Positions 10,646-18,806 of a DNA stretch of 64,000 nt are shown piece by piece. Position numbers and translations under genes: made by a program. The stretch is from positions 9,632 through 73,631 of the forward strand of contig JADHYN010000004.1 in NCBI GenBank assembly GCA_016782425.1. The letters are read 5' to 3'. The stretch is from Candidatus Omnitrophota bacterium (GTDB lineage Bacteria > Omnitrophota > Gorgyraeia > JABMRN01 > RBG-13-46-9). Positions within the stretch are counted from its first letter, which is position 1. Each line of letters opens with the position of its first letter. The notes beneath the pieces were generated by a model. That model was given only the letters and a program-made list of their open reading frames with translations. It did no database searches and was not told where the DNA came from.

Positions 10646-11927
10646 GGCAGCCAAAAACCGTCCCTTTCCCGCCATCCACGCCTGAGATCATAACCGCAAT
10701 CAGTCTGTTTTTAAGCGAATCGGCCCCGCCTAAAAGTACGCGAACATACCTGTCCGTGTACCCGGCAAGGAGTCCTGTTCTTTCGTCTCTATGCTCTTCG
10801 ACAATAACGTCTTGGACCTTCCCAACAAACGTCCTGGCAAAATCCGCCGAGAGTTTCCTGCTCAAATCGGTTAATGTCTTTACTCTTTTTTTAATCACTT
10901 GTTTACTCAGATCATCCGCATATCTGGCAGCAATGGTTCCTTTTCTTCTTGAGTATGAAAACACGTGCATTCGGGAAGGCTTTATGCTTTTTATAAATCT
11001 CAGCGTATTGCGGAATTGTCTTTCGTTCTCGCCCGGGAATCCCACAAGTACATCCGTCGTAATGGCTGCATCGGGAATTTGCTTTCTGATTTTTGCGATA
11101 ATCCGCTTGAAGTTTCTCGCTCTGTAGGGCCGTTTCATCAGTTTTAAAATTCTGTCATCACCCGACTGTAAGGGTACGTGCAGGTGTTTACACACCTTGC
11201 CCTCTTTAAGCACACTGATGATCCTCTCTGTAACATATATCGGTTCTACTGAACTAAGCCGAATTCTAAACGAGCCGTCGATCTGGCAGATCTTATTAAC
11301 AAGATCTGCTAAGTTTGTTTTAGTTTCAAGATCTTGCCCCCACGCACCGAGACAAACACCCGTTAAAACAACCTCTTTAAAACCACTGTCTACGAGATTT
11401 TTGATTTCTTGTAGAATTTCGGAAGTGCTTCTGCTCCGTGAAGACCCCCGCACAAGACTGACTTTACAATAAGAACACCTATGGTTGCAACCGTCCTGGA
11501 CTTTAATAAACGCCCTGTTATGATTTTTGAAACCTGTAATTTGCAATTTTGGATTTGGAATTTGTTTACACTTTGGTTTTAATATTTCCGCGAGTTTTCC
11601 TTTTTCGTTATTTCGTACCAGGTGCGTAACGCCGGAGATGTCCATAAGCTCTTTTCTGTCGGTATCCAATTCGGCGTAGCAGCCCGCTACCACGATTTTT
11701 CCGTTAGGATTAACTCTATGAAAACGATGTATCAGGTTACGCGTATCCCTGTCAGCCTTCTTGGTTACGGTACATGAATTAACAATGTAATAATCCGCAA
11801 CCTTGCCTTCTTTTTTTTCTACGAATCCGTTTTTGACGAGATGTTCCCGCATGGCCTGGGTTTCGTATTGATTGACCTTGCAACCGAGAGTTTTTATAAA
11901 AAAGGTTGGTTTATCGGGAAAACTCAT
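10623..11927 (-). CDS. mtaB: MiaB-like tRNA methylthiotransferase, probably MtaB
   Basis: UPF0004 N-domain (FFIKTLGCKVNQYE), radical SAM CNHRCSYC and a C-terminal TRAM-like region. Confidence 0.8.
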   Translation of the reverse strand: MSFPDKPTFFIKTLGCKVNQYETQAMREHLVKNGFVEKKEGKVADYYIVNSCTVTKKADRDTRNLIHRFHRVNPNGKIVVAGCYAELDTDRKELMDISGVTHLVRNNEKGKLAEILKPKCKQIPNPKLQITGFKNHNRAFIKVQDGCNHRCSYCKVSLVRGSSRSRSTSEILQEIKNLVDSGFKEVVLTGVCLGAWGQDLETKTNLADLVNKICQIDGSFRIRLSSVEPIYVTERIISVLKEGKVCKHLHVPLQSGDDRILKLMKRPYRARNFKRIIAKIRKQIPDAAITTDVLVGFPGENERQFRNTLRFIKSIKPSRMHVFSYSRRKGTIAARYADDLSKQVIKKRVKTLTDLSRKLSADFARTFVGKVQDVIVEEHRDERTGLLAGYTDRYVRVLLGGADSLKNRLIAVMISGVDGGKGTVFGCLDNDKII

Positions 11928-12642
11928 GGTTTAGAACCGAAAGGACATAAAGACCGGCGGTGTCGCTTTTTAGGACCCTCTTGCCGAGCGAGACAAGTTT
12001 GCAGTTTGTATTTTTTGCCATAACTATCTCCTCCGGCGTAAAATCTCCTTCGGGACCGATAAATACGATAATCTTCCCCAATTCAAAGCCTGGAAGAGCC
12101 ATTTTAAGTTCGATCGTTTCTTCCGAAAGGCAGGCCATGAGAGCAAGGTCAAAGTTATTTATGCCGTCTATGACATTATAAAATTTTTGGACATCGTTTA
12201 TTTCCGGGATATTTGTTCTGCCGCATTGCTTTGAGGTTTCGCGCGCTATGTTCCTCCATCTAGCTACCTTCTTCGAAACAGCGTTCTTCTCTAATCTCAC
12301 TATTGTCCTTTCGCTCAGGATGGGTATTATGTTCTCTACGCCGAGTTCGGTCGCCTTTTCCACGATGTAATCCATCTTCTCTTTTTTTGGCACGGCTTGC
12401 GCAAGTGTAATCTCGGGTGAGGATTCTCTCTTCGGTCGTTTTGTGCTGACGATTTCGACTACAAGCGACTTTGGAGTGGTTTCTTTTATGAAACCTTTGT
12501 ATTCCCTGCCGGTACCGTCAAAGACAACGACTTTGTCATTCTCCACAAGACGCATCGCTTTTAAAATATGCCTTGCCTCCTGGCCGTCTATATGGATTAG
12601 ATTATTTTTGATATTTTCAGGCGGAGCAAAAAACCTGGACAT
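11911..12642 (-). CDS. rsmE: 16S rRNA (uracil1498-N3)-methyltransferase
   Basis: MSRFFAPPENI..IDGQEARHILKAMRL N-terminus and a SPOUT C-terminal domain (IGPEGDFTPEE). Confidence 0.85.
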   Translation of the reverse strand: MSRFFAPPENIKNNLIHIDGQEARHILKAMRLVENDKVVVFDGTGREYKGFIKETTPKSLVVEIVSTKRPKRESSPEITLAQAVPKKEKMDYIVEKATELGVENIIPILSERTIVRLEKNAVSKKVARWRNIARETSKQCGRTNIPEINDVQKFYNVIDGINNFDLALMACLSEETIELKMALPGFELGKIIVFIGPEGDFTPEEIVMAKNTNCKLVSLGKRVLKSDTAGLYVLSVLNHEFSR

Positions 12643-12651
12643 AATTATTAC

Positions 12652-14202
12652 CTATTCTTCTTTTTCTCCGAACACCTCGGCTGTGAATATATAAATATCG
12701 CATTCGCCCTTTTTCCAGGCATCGGGTGACATACCTGCCTTGTCACCGCATAGCGAATTCATGAACTGCTCGCGGTTCCAGCCTGCTTCGGTAGCAACCT
12801 GCGGCAGATAAACGCCGCTGGTAAAACCTCTTCTCACGATAACTCCGTGCTTTCCCATTTCTATCACGTCAGGGTTATCGATTTTCTTAAGCGGAGATAG
12901 TGCTGAAATTTCAATGTCTATATCATCCATCTCGTTTAGTGTAACCTGCGGAAATCGCGGATCGCCGGTTGCCGCTTCCACCGCCATATCACGCACTGTC
13001 AGATAAAATGGGCCACGGCCTACGATGTTTCCGATGCAGCCTCGTAGCTGGCCGTGCTTGTGGAGCGTCACAAATCCGCCCATCTCAGCCAATAAGACAG
13101 GATCCGTTTCTTCAACCGGCAGGCGTTTTCTGTTTTTCAGGTAATGCATGATCGAATCCCGTGCCAGTTTCAGCATCTTTTTTCTTTGTACTTCGTTCAA
13201 CATATCATTATCTCCTTTTTCTGACTTTGGCATTTGGCGTTTCGGGCCTAGTTTTGATTTTTTCCGCCCGAGGCGGATCCGCCTTTGGCGGAGATTTTTT
13301 CCGCCCGAGGCGGAGATATTTGATTTAATTATGGCGGCACTTAAATACCCCACTACCCTCCTTTTATCCCAGGTAGTATCTCCTGAATTGGCGTACTTGA
13401 GGATTTCTATCTTGTCGGCTCCGAGTTTTTTGGTCGCGATCATGGTCGCGTACACTGCTCCGTAACCGCACATTAACTGGTGACCTGAAAGCGAACTTTC
13501 GGTGTATAATTTATCGGCATCAAATTCTTCTATTACGGAAATCGTTTTTCTATCCATGCTGTTCGCTTTCTTATACGGCAGGTAGTGCGACATGTCTGTG
13601 CTCGCAACAAGCAAAAAACTTTCTTTGTCTTTTAAGGTGTCGTATAAAGCTTTGCCCAGTATTTTGCAATTCTCCAAATTCTGATCGCCGATTGCGACGA
13701 GAACAATCTTGAAATCGTTTAAAACCGCCTGCAGAAACGGTATTTCCATTTCGATGGAATTTTCTCCCAGAAAAGCGAGGGGTTTGTCATAAATCTTCGG
13801 ATGCGCGGCGATCAGTTGTTCTGTGATTTTTTTATCGATTTCAACAACGCCAAGCGGCGTTTCAATGCCGTCTACATCAAGAACCGCTATGCCGTCATAA
13901 TTCCTTGTGTGGCTGAAGCCTACTACGACAACGGTCTTTATAGTTTGTTTACTGATAGCTTTAAAGCCATAGGCTGCAACGGGTCCCGAATAAACAAAAC
14001 CGGCATGCGGGGATATTATCGCGACAATTTCGCCGTCGATTGAGGGGGGTGTAGCTTTGGTAAGATATGATTGCAGTTCGGCGGTCAAACTTCTTTTTGA
14101 AGCAGAGTACCACCTTCCTGCCAGATCCGCCTTCTTCACTTCGCCCATCGCCGTTCCAGCAAGGAGTGTTGAGGTGATAAGACCGATTAAGATTTTTTTC
14201 AT
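12652..14202 (-). CDS. Memo-like (AmmeMemoRadiSam system protein B) fused in frame to AMMECR1 (protein A), with N-terminal signal peptide
   Basis: Residues after the signal peptide (AGRWYSASKRSL.., SPHAGFVYSG, STDMSHY) are Memo-like. The C-terminal 183 aa (MLKLARDSI..GCIG..GDPRFP..GVYLPQV) are AMMECR1. The track ORF start at 14271 reads through the tRNA, so the real start is taken as ATG 14202. An internal SD plus ATG sits at 13203. Confidence 0.8.
   Translation of the reverse strand: MKKILIGLITSTLLAGTAMGEVKKADLAGRWYSASKRSLTAELQSYLTKATPPSIDGEIVAIISPHAGFVYSGPVAAYGFKAISKQTIKTVVVVGFSHTRNYDGIAVLDVDGIETPLGVVEIDKKITEQLIAAHPKIYDKPLAFLGENSIEMEIPFLQAVLNDFKIVLVAIGDQNLENCKILGKALYDTLKDKESFLLVASTDMSHYLPYKKANSMDRKTISVIEEFDADKLYTESSLSGHQLMCGYGAVYATMIATKKLGADKIEILKYANSGDTTWDKRRVVGYLSAAIIKSNISASGGKNLRQRRIRLGRKKSKLGPKRQMPKSEKGDNDMLNEVQRKKMLKLARDSIMHYLKNRKRLPVEETDPVLLAEMGGFVTLHKHGQLRGCIGNIVGRGPFYLTVRDMAVEAATGDPRFPQVTLNEMDDIDIEISALSPLKKIDNPDVIEMGKHGVIVRRGFTSGVYLPQVATEAGWNREQFMNSLCGDKAGMSPDAWKKGECDIYIFTAEVFGEKEE
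13252..13327. repeat. GC-rich double/triple palindrome element (CCGCC-CGA-GGCGG / CCGCC-TTT-GGCGG / CCGCC-CGA-GGCGG), copy 1
   Basis: ttttgattttttCCGCCcgaGGCGGatCCGCCtttGGCGGagattttttCCGCCcgaGGCGGagatatttgattt. The 40-nt core recurs at 58484-58528. It lies in frame in the Memo-AMMECR1 linker. Confidence 0.85.
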
Positions 14203-14210
14203 AACTTGAT

Positions 14211-14286
14211 TGGTGGACTGGAGCGGAGTCGAACCGCCGACCTCCTCGTTGCGAACGAGGCGTTCTCCCAACTGAACTACCAGCCC
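14211..14286 (-). tRNA. tRNA-Ala (anticodon CGC), CCA encoded
   Basis: The 76 nt fold by hand as a 7-bp acceptor with G3:U70, a D arm GTTC/GAAC, anticodon stem CCTCG/CGAGG with loop TTCGCAA, and a T arm GGCGG-TTCGACT-CCGCT, ending in ACCA. Confidence 0.95.
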
Positions 14287-14406
14287 AATTTTTCGCCTTT
14301 GAAACTTTTGCTTTAAAAAAGTTTCATACTGAAGTAGCGTTAAGCAATCCGACCCTTAGGAAGGATTGTAGCTACCGAAGTGAAGAAAAATTGATCCTGA
14401 GGACTT

Positions 14407-16368
14407 TTACGCACAGACCCTATTCTTCCCCTCGCGTTTGGCTTTATAGAGGGCCTCATCAGCTGCTTTGATAAGCTCGTGGCTTTTCATGCCTTCCCTG
14501 TAATCGGCAACGCCTATACTTACGGTAGTGCTAACGCGTATTTTATCTTTTTTTCCCGTATGAATTTTCTCCAGATGAGGTTCTACGGGATCCCGCCCAG
14601 GGCGGGAAAATTCTTCCTCGATTGTCCTTCTGATTCGTTCAGCAGCTACAAGTGCGTTTGCTTTATCGGTTTCGGGCATTAGAACGTCGAACTCCTCTCC
14701 GCCACACCTTCCGGCGATGTCTGCGGCTCTTATGTTCGATTTTATCAGGTACGCAATCTTTTTCAGCACTTCGTCGCCGACGGGGTGACCGAACGTATCG
14801 TTTATCTTCTTGAAATCGTCCACGTCGATAATAAGCAGGGAAAAGGGCCTTTGATATCTCTTGGATCTCTCTATCTCTTCTTGGATTCTTTTGTTAAAAT
14901 AATTTACTCTGTAAAGTTTTGTAAGGTCGTCTTCTATAGCGTGCGTGTAAAGCTTTGCATTGTCTATACACACACCTAGCTGTCTTCCGAACGCATTTAG
15001 TATATCTATGTCTTCCCTGCTGTAGGGTGAAGCGTCTTTCTTGTTGCCAACGTTTAAAAACGCAGCTATGTCTCTTTCGTGATATAGGGGGAAACTGAAA
15101 CAAAGTGGTATTGAGAGTCTCGCGTTAATTTTTTCAAGGACGCTATTTATCTCTTGCATATCGTAATCCTCGGCAAAATCTTCCTTTTCATTCACTACAT
15201 AGACGTTACCTTCCCTCAAAAATTTTACCAATGGGCTTTCGGCAGAAAGGTTTTTTACCTCCTGCATTTTTTTCTTGTCCAGCCCCTTCTCGGCGATCAA
15301 CACGAAGTTTGCGCTATCTTCGTCATATATGTAAAGTGCGGCGTTTTCTATACCTACAGTATCCACGAGAGATTCCAAAACATAATTCGAAAGGCTCGCC
15401 AAATCAGTTTCTCTGTTTGATATAGAGGCGAAGTTTTCCAGGAATTTGTAATAATCGAGCTTCTTCTCATAAACAATGCGGTCTGAGATTTTACCCAATC
15501 TTAACGTTCCCGAGAAATGTGCGATCAGCAAAAGGTTGAGTAAAACAATAACACCTGTAATAACCGAGGCGGCAAAATACTCGATACCCACCACCCTGTG
15601 CAATAGATGCACCAGGCCCATGTATACAAGTATGACAAAGACTGTAAAATAAGAGAAAACGACCGTTTTGTTGACAACTATGTCCACTTCCAAGACGTGA
15701 TATTTTACTATGGTATAGCCGGTTAAAGCTAAATAAGGGATGACGCAAAACAAACCGAAAGGAAAAACGTTTATCCTGTAGACCGAGAGAAGAAAGCCAA
15801 GCGGCGCGAATATCCCGAGAAGCATCCCCAAGAATAGCCACAGGCGCTGGTTTCGTTTAAAACGCAAATATAATTTTGAGGACCGCAGGAGGTAATAAAA
15901 CCCCGTAATCAAAAAGCCTGCGAATATAAAGGTAAAAATATTGAAAGCCAATCCCGGATTTATCGTATATTTGAAGTAGGTTCCGCTAGCGATGCCTTTT
16001 ATGAATTCTTTCGGCACGATGAAGGAGGCAATAAAAAACAGAAAGAATATAATGTAGATCGTGCTTAAAATCTGATTTTTAAATACTTTCCTGTCCGAGC
16101 AGGTAGCTAAAAAATGCAAGAATACCGGAACCAGAAAGATCACAGCAGCAAGTGATGCCCGAAACCAGTACATGGTAAGCAGTGGGTCCCCTGAAACGAG
16201 CGCACTATAAATGCAAAAGCTCCACAAAGAAAAGAGTATGTTGTAAACAAGCCACACCGCATTCTGCACTCTTCTTTTGCCTACAACGTAGACGTATGAC
16301 CCTGCGAGAAGCGCGGCTATCGCATTTGCGGCTGAAATTAACGGTAATGAATTTGACATCTCAATCAT
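14407..16368 (-). CDS. membrane-anchored diguanylate cyclase (multi-TM N-domain, GAF-like, GGDEF)
   Basis: About 8 TM helices, a GAF-like middle region and a C-terminal GGDEF domain with GGEEF and an RAAD I-site five residues upstream. Confidence 0.85.
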   Translation of the reverse strand: MIEMSNSLPLISAANAIAALLAGSYVYVVGKRRVQNAVWLVYNILFSLWSFCIYSALVSGDPLLTMYWFRASLAAVIFLVPVFLHFLATCSDRKVFKNQILSTIYIIFFLFFIASFIVPKEFIKGIASGTYFKYTINPGLAFNIFTFIFAGFLITGFYYLLRSSKLYLRFKRNQRLWLFLGMLLGIFAPLGFLLSVYRINVFPFGLFCVIPYLALTGYTIVKYHVLEVDIVVNKTVVFSYFTVFVILVYMGLVHLLHRVVGIEYFAASVITGVIVLLNLLLIAHFSGTLRLGKISDRIVYEKKLDYYKFLENFASISNRETDLASLSNYVLESLVDTVGIENAALYIYDEDSANFVLIAEKGLDKKKMQEVKNLSAESPLVKFLREGNVYVVNEKEDFAEDYDMQEINSVLEKINARLSIPLCFSFPLYHERDIAAFLNVGNKKDASPYSREDIDILNAFGRQLGVCIDNAKLYTHAIEDDLTKLYRVNYFNKRIQEEIERSKRYQRPFSLLIIDVDDFKKINDTFGHPVGDEVLKKIAYLIKSNIRAADIAGRCGGEEFDVLMPETDKANALVAAERIRRTIEEEFSRPGRDPVEPHLEKIHTGKKDKIRVSTTVSIGVADYREGMKSHELIKAADEALYKAKREGKNRVCA

Positions 16369-17096
16369 CTTTTATGCCCTACGGGAATTATGTAAATAGG
16401 TTTTTCGTTTCGTTGCAAATTTAAAGCCTTTGAAACGGCGGCATCGTTGAACGCGCCGACAGGCACAGAGGCCAATCCGAGCGAAACTGCCTCGAGGTGA
16501 ACGTTTTGAGCCGCGTGGCCGACCTCGATATCCGTGTATCTTATTCCGCGCTCGCCGTATCGGGAGGTAACACGTTCGTAAACGGCGCATATGACGATGT
16601 CGATGGGGGCTTCTTCTATAAAACTCTGATTCCAGGAGGCACGGGCTAAGTCTTGCTTTACATTTTTACCGGAAATTTTTTCTAACTGATGACTTTTGGG
16701 AATATATCGGTAAACCCCTTCATTTTTGACGAGGTAAATTTCCAACGGGTAAAGTGCTCCGGCAGACGGCGCTGTCCTAAATCCTCTCCTATCAGTCATA
16801 CCCTGACAGGCCCATAGGAGCTGACTTATTTCCTCTGTTGTAAGTTGCTTCGACGAATAGCTCCGCACAGACCTTCTTTTCGCTATCGCCTCTTCCAATG
16901 AAACAGTGCTTTTCAATTTTGGTTTCGGAAGTTTTATCGTTTCCATATCTTGTGCCCCACATCTTGCAGAGAATAGAAAGCAGAGAATAGAGAACAGAAA
17001 AAAGAAAATCCAAAAATACAAAAATACTTTTCCAGCTTCTATTTTCTGTACCCTGTACTCTGTTATCTGGTTTCTGAGTTTTGTCATCCTAATCAC
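16365..17096 (-). CDS. SagB/ThcOx-type dehydrogenase (nitroreductase superfamily) with N-terminal membrane anchor
   Basis: RRSVRSYS.. and the hallmark RTAPSAGALYPLEIYL. N-terminal hydrophobic segment. Confidence 0.7.
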   Translation of the reverse strand: MIRMTKLRNQITEYRVQKIEAGKVFLYFWIFFFLFSILCFLFSARCGAQDMETIKLPKPKLKSTVSLEEAIAKRRSVRSYSSKQLTTEEISQLLWACQGMTDRRGFRTAPSAGALYPLEIYLVKNEGVYRYIPKSHQLEKISGKNVKQDLARASWNQSFIEEAPIDIVICAVYERVTSRYGERGIRYTDIEVGHAAQNVHLEAVSLGLASVPVGAFNDAAVSKALNLQRNEKPIYIIPVGHKR

Positions 17097-17997
17097 CGCA
17101 TATCTCTACTGCGGTTTTTATCGTATTAAACTGAATCTGGACCATGTCCTCTTGTCTTACCGCATATCCACCGGCCAGAACCACAGAAACGGGAACCTGA
17201 TAATTTTTCCCCTGTGTGTAAATGAAGGAGTCGCGCTTTTTTAATCCATCTATCGTCAGGGCTAAATTGCCTATCTGGTCGTGCTCGTAAGGGTCGGCAC
17301 CCGCTACATACATGAGAAGTTCCGGTTTGAAATCGGAAATTATTTTCGGAATGTTCTTTTCTAAATGCCCCAGATATTCTTTATCTTTTGCGCGGTCAGC
17401 AAGACCTATATCCATGTTGCCCTTCGGCTTATAAAATGGGTAATTATTCTCCTGATGTATCGAAAAAGTGAATACGCGGCTCTCGTTTTGGAAAATATGC
17501 GCCGTTCCGTTGCCCTGGTGCAAGTCACAGTCAATAATAAGGGCTTTTTTGATTTTTCTTTCCTCTATCGCTTTCTTTATAGCAACGGCAATATCATTTA
17601 AAACGCAGAACCCTTCGCCGTGATCCGGAAACGCATGATGAAAACCGCCGCCAAGGTGTATCCCGAGCCCATCCGCCAAAGCCGCTTCCACCGCATGTAT
17701 GGTGCCGCCGCAGCAAAGGACGGAACCCTCGACCAGTTTTTTTGAGTACGGAAGCTCTAGGGTGAGTATTTCTTCGAGAGACAATTTTCCGTATTTTAGC
17801 TTGTCGATGTAATCCGCGGTGTGAACGCGCAGTAAATCTTCGTCGCTTGCTTTCTCCGGCTCGACAAAAGTAATTTTGTTAATAATACTTAAATCTTTTG
17901 AAAGCTTTTTCTTTATTAACCTGTATTTTACCGTTGGGAATACGTGGGCTCCTATGTCAATATAGTACTTGTCCGTATAGACGATTTTCGTCTTCAC
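17089..17997 (-). CDS. histone deacetylase-family (class II HDAC / AcuC-like) deacetylase
   Basis: GGGFHHAFPDHGEGFCVLND, DCDLHQGNG and GADPY motifs. GTG start. Confidence 0.85.
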   Translation of the reverse strand: MKTKIVYTDKYYIDIGAHVFPTVKYRLIKKKLSKDLSIINKITFVEPEKASDEDLLRVHTADYIDKLKYGKLSLEEILTLELPYSKKLVEGSVLCCGGTIHAVEAALADGLGIHLGGGFHHAFPDHGEGFCVLNDIAVAIKKAIEERKIKKALIIDCDLHQGNGTAHIFQNESRVFTFSIHQENNYPFYKPKGNMDIGLADRAKDKEYLGHLEKNIPKIISDFKPELLMYVAGADPYEHDQIGNLALTIDGLKKRDSFIYTQGKNYQVPVSVVLAGGYAVRQEDMVQIQFNTIKTAVEICGD

Positions 17998-18043
17998 AGT
18001 TTACTTATTGCTACTTACAGCTTATAGCTTACAGCTTATGTAA
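17998..18043 (-). repeat. TAAGNNN heptad array beginning at the stop codon of the upstream gene
   Basis: Minus strand reads TAAGCTG TAAGCTA TAAGCTG TAAGTAG CAA TAAGTAA ACT, followed by GTG (HDAC start). Confidence 0.8.
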
Positions 18044-18302
18044 GCTCGTCAATCATGCCGGTAACGGCGTCGGTTATGAGTTCCCAGTCTTCCTGAGAAT
18101 GCACGGCAAATTTTTGTTTTCTCTTCCATCTATCGTCACGTTTCTGCCATAGATAAAAGCATACCTGTTTCCTGCCGTAACTTTCCAGGAGGACAACTGC
18201 TGACCACCAGCCAAATCTCTTGTTGACCGTTTTGTAGGTGATAACCTTTAGCGGCGCTATAATCGGGACCTTCTCTGTTTCGCGCCTTGTCGGTCTATCC
18301 AT
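18036..18302 (-). CDS. hypothetical protein (88 aa)
   Basis: ORF with AGGAGG 5 nt upstream of the ATG. No family recognised. Confidence 0.45.
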   Translation of the reverse strand: MDRPTRRETEKVPIIAPLKVITYKTVNKRFGWWSAVVLLESYGRKQVCFYLWQKRDDRWKRKQKFAVHSQEDWELITDAVTGMIDELT

Positions 18303-18372
18303 AAAAACCTCCTTCTCTTGACTTACACTTCCGCCCTAAGCTTACTCTTTATCACTTAGGGCTTACAAATTA
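18303..18372 (-). repeat. TAANNNN heptad array beginning at the stop codon of the upstream gene
   Basis: Minus strand reads TAATTTG TAAGCCC TAAGTGA TAAAGAG TAAGCTT AGGGCGG.. AGAAGGAGG-5 nt-ATG. It also contains the 8-bp hairpin GCCCTAAG/CTTAGGGC. Confidence 0.75.
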
Positions 18373-18570
18373 TCTCAAACTCACCGTGTGGTTGGGGGCA
18401 TCCCCTTCTAATACAACATGTCCTTCGCGGGCAAGCCACCCCACACTCATAAGGATAACATCCCTTGGCTTATCGACGTTTCCCATGATGTTCTCCAGGC
18501 TTGCTGAGCTCTGGTTATTCTCGAGGTAATGCCAAATCTCGCCTGCTGTGATACCTATTTCCGTAATCAT
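18370..18570 (-). CDS. small winged-helix protein (DUF2582-like)
   Basis: 66 aa with the pattern AGEIWHYLENN...LMSVGWLAREGHVVLE, recalled from the small wHTH family. Not verified. Confidence 0.4.
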   Translation of the reverse strand: MITEIGITAGEIWHYLENNQSSASLENIMGNVDKPRDVILMSVGWLAREGHVVLEGDAPNHTVSLR

Positions 18571-18806
18571 GCTTTATGCACCCCCTTCTTGTTGATGCTC
18601 CTGCAGCGCGGGCATCTGGAAAAATCCCCGCTCTTTGGATCTATGTAGACATAATTGCAAACTGCGCATTGCCACATGTCTTTTCGGTCTACTTTAAATG
18701 TGTTAAAGCTTGAACCCCTCTCAAGCCATATCCATATACCGAAAACAACTATCACCGTAAAAAAGAGATAGAAAAATAACACTACGGAAATATCGAGCTT
18801 TATCAT
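18567..18806 (-). CDS. membrane-anchored zinc-ribbon protein
   Basis: One TM helix, then CAVCNYVY..(13)..CPRCRS (CxxC...CxxC). Confidence 0.45.
   Translation of the reverse strand: MIKLDISVVLFFYLFFTVIVVFGIWIWLERGSSFNTFKVDRKDMWQCAVCNYVYIDPKSGDFSRCPRCRSINKKGVHKA

Noticed and set aside
10623-11927. MtaB as the missing radical SAM partner of the Memo-AMMECR1 protein two genes away.
   Set aside because: It has the UPF0004 N-domain and a TRAM-like C-terminus of MiaB/MtaB methylthiotransferases. This is a different radical SAM subfamily with a known tRNA substrate.
14203-14271. N-terminal extension of the 539-aa ORF (MGERLVRNEEVGGSTPLQSTNQV...).
   Set aside because: These codons are the reverse-strand reading of tRNA-Ala itself. 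The real start is ATG 14202, followed by a signal peptide.
17998-18372. CRISPR-like array suggested by the short tandem repeats.
   Set aside because: The units are 7 nt with no spacers, the arrays total 30-40 nt, and there are no cas genes. They are heptad microsatellite-like spacers, not CRISPR.
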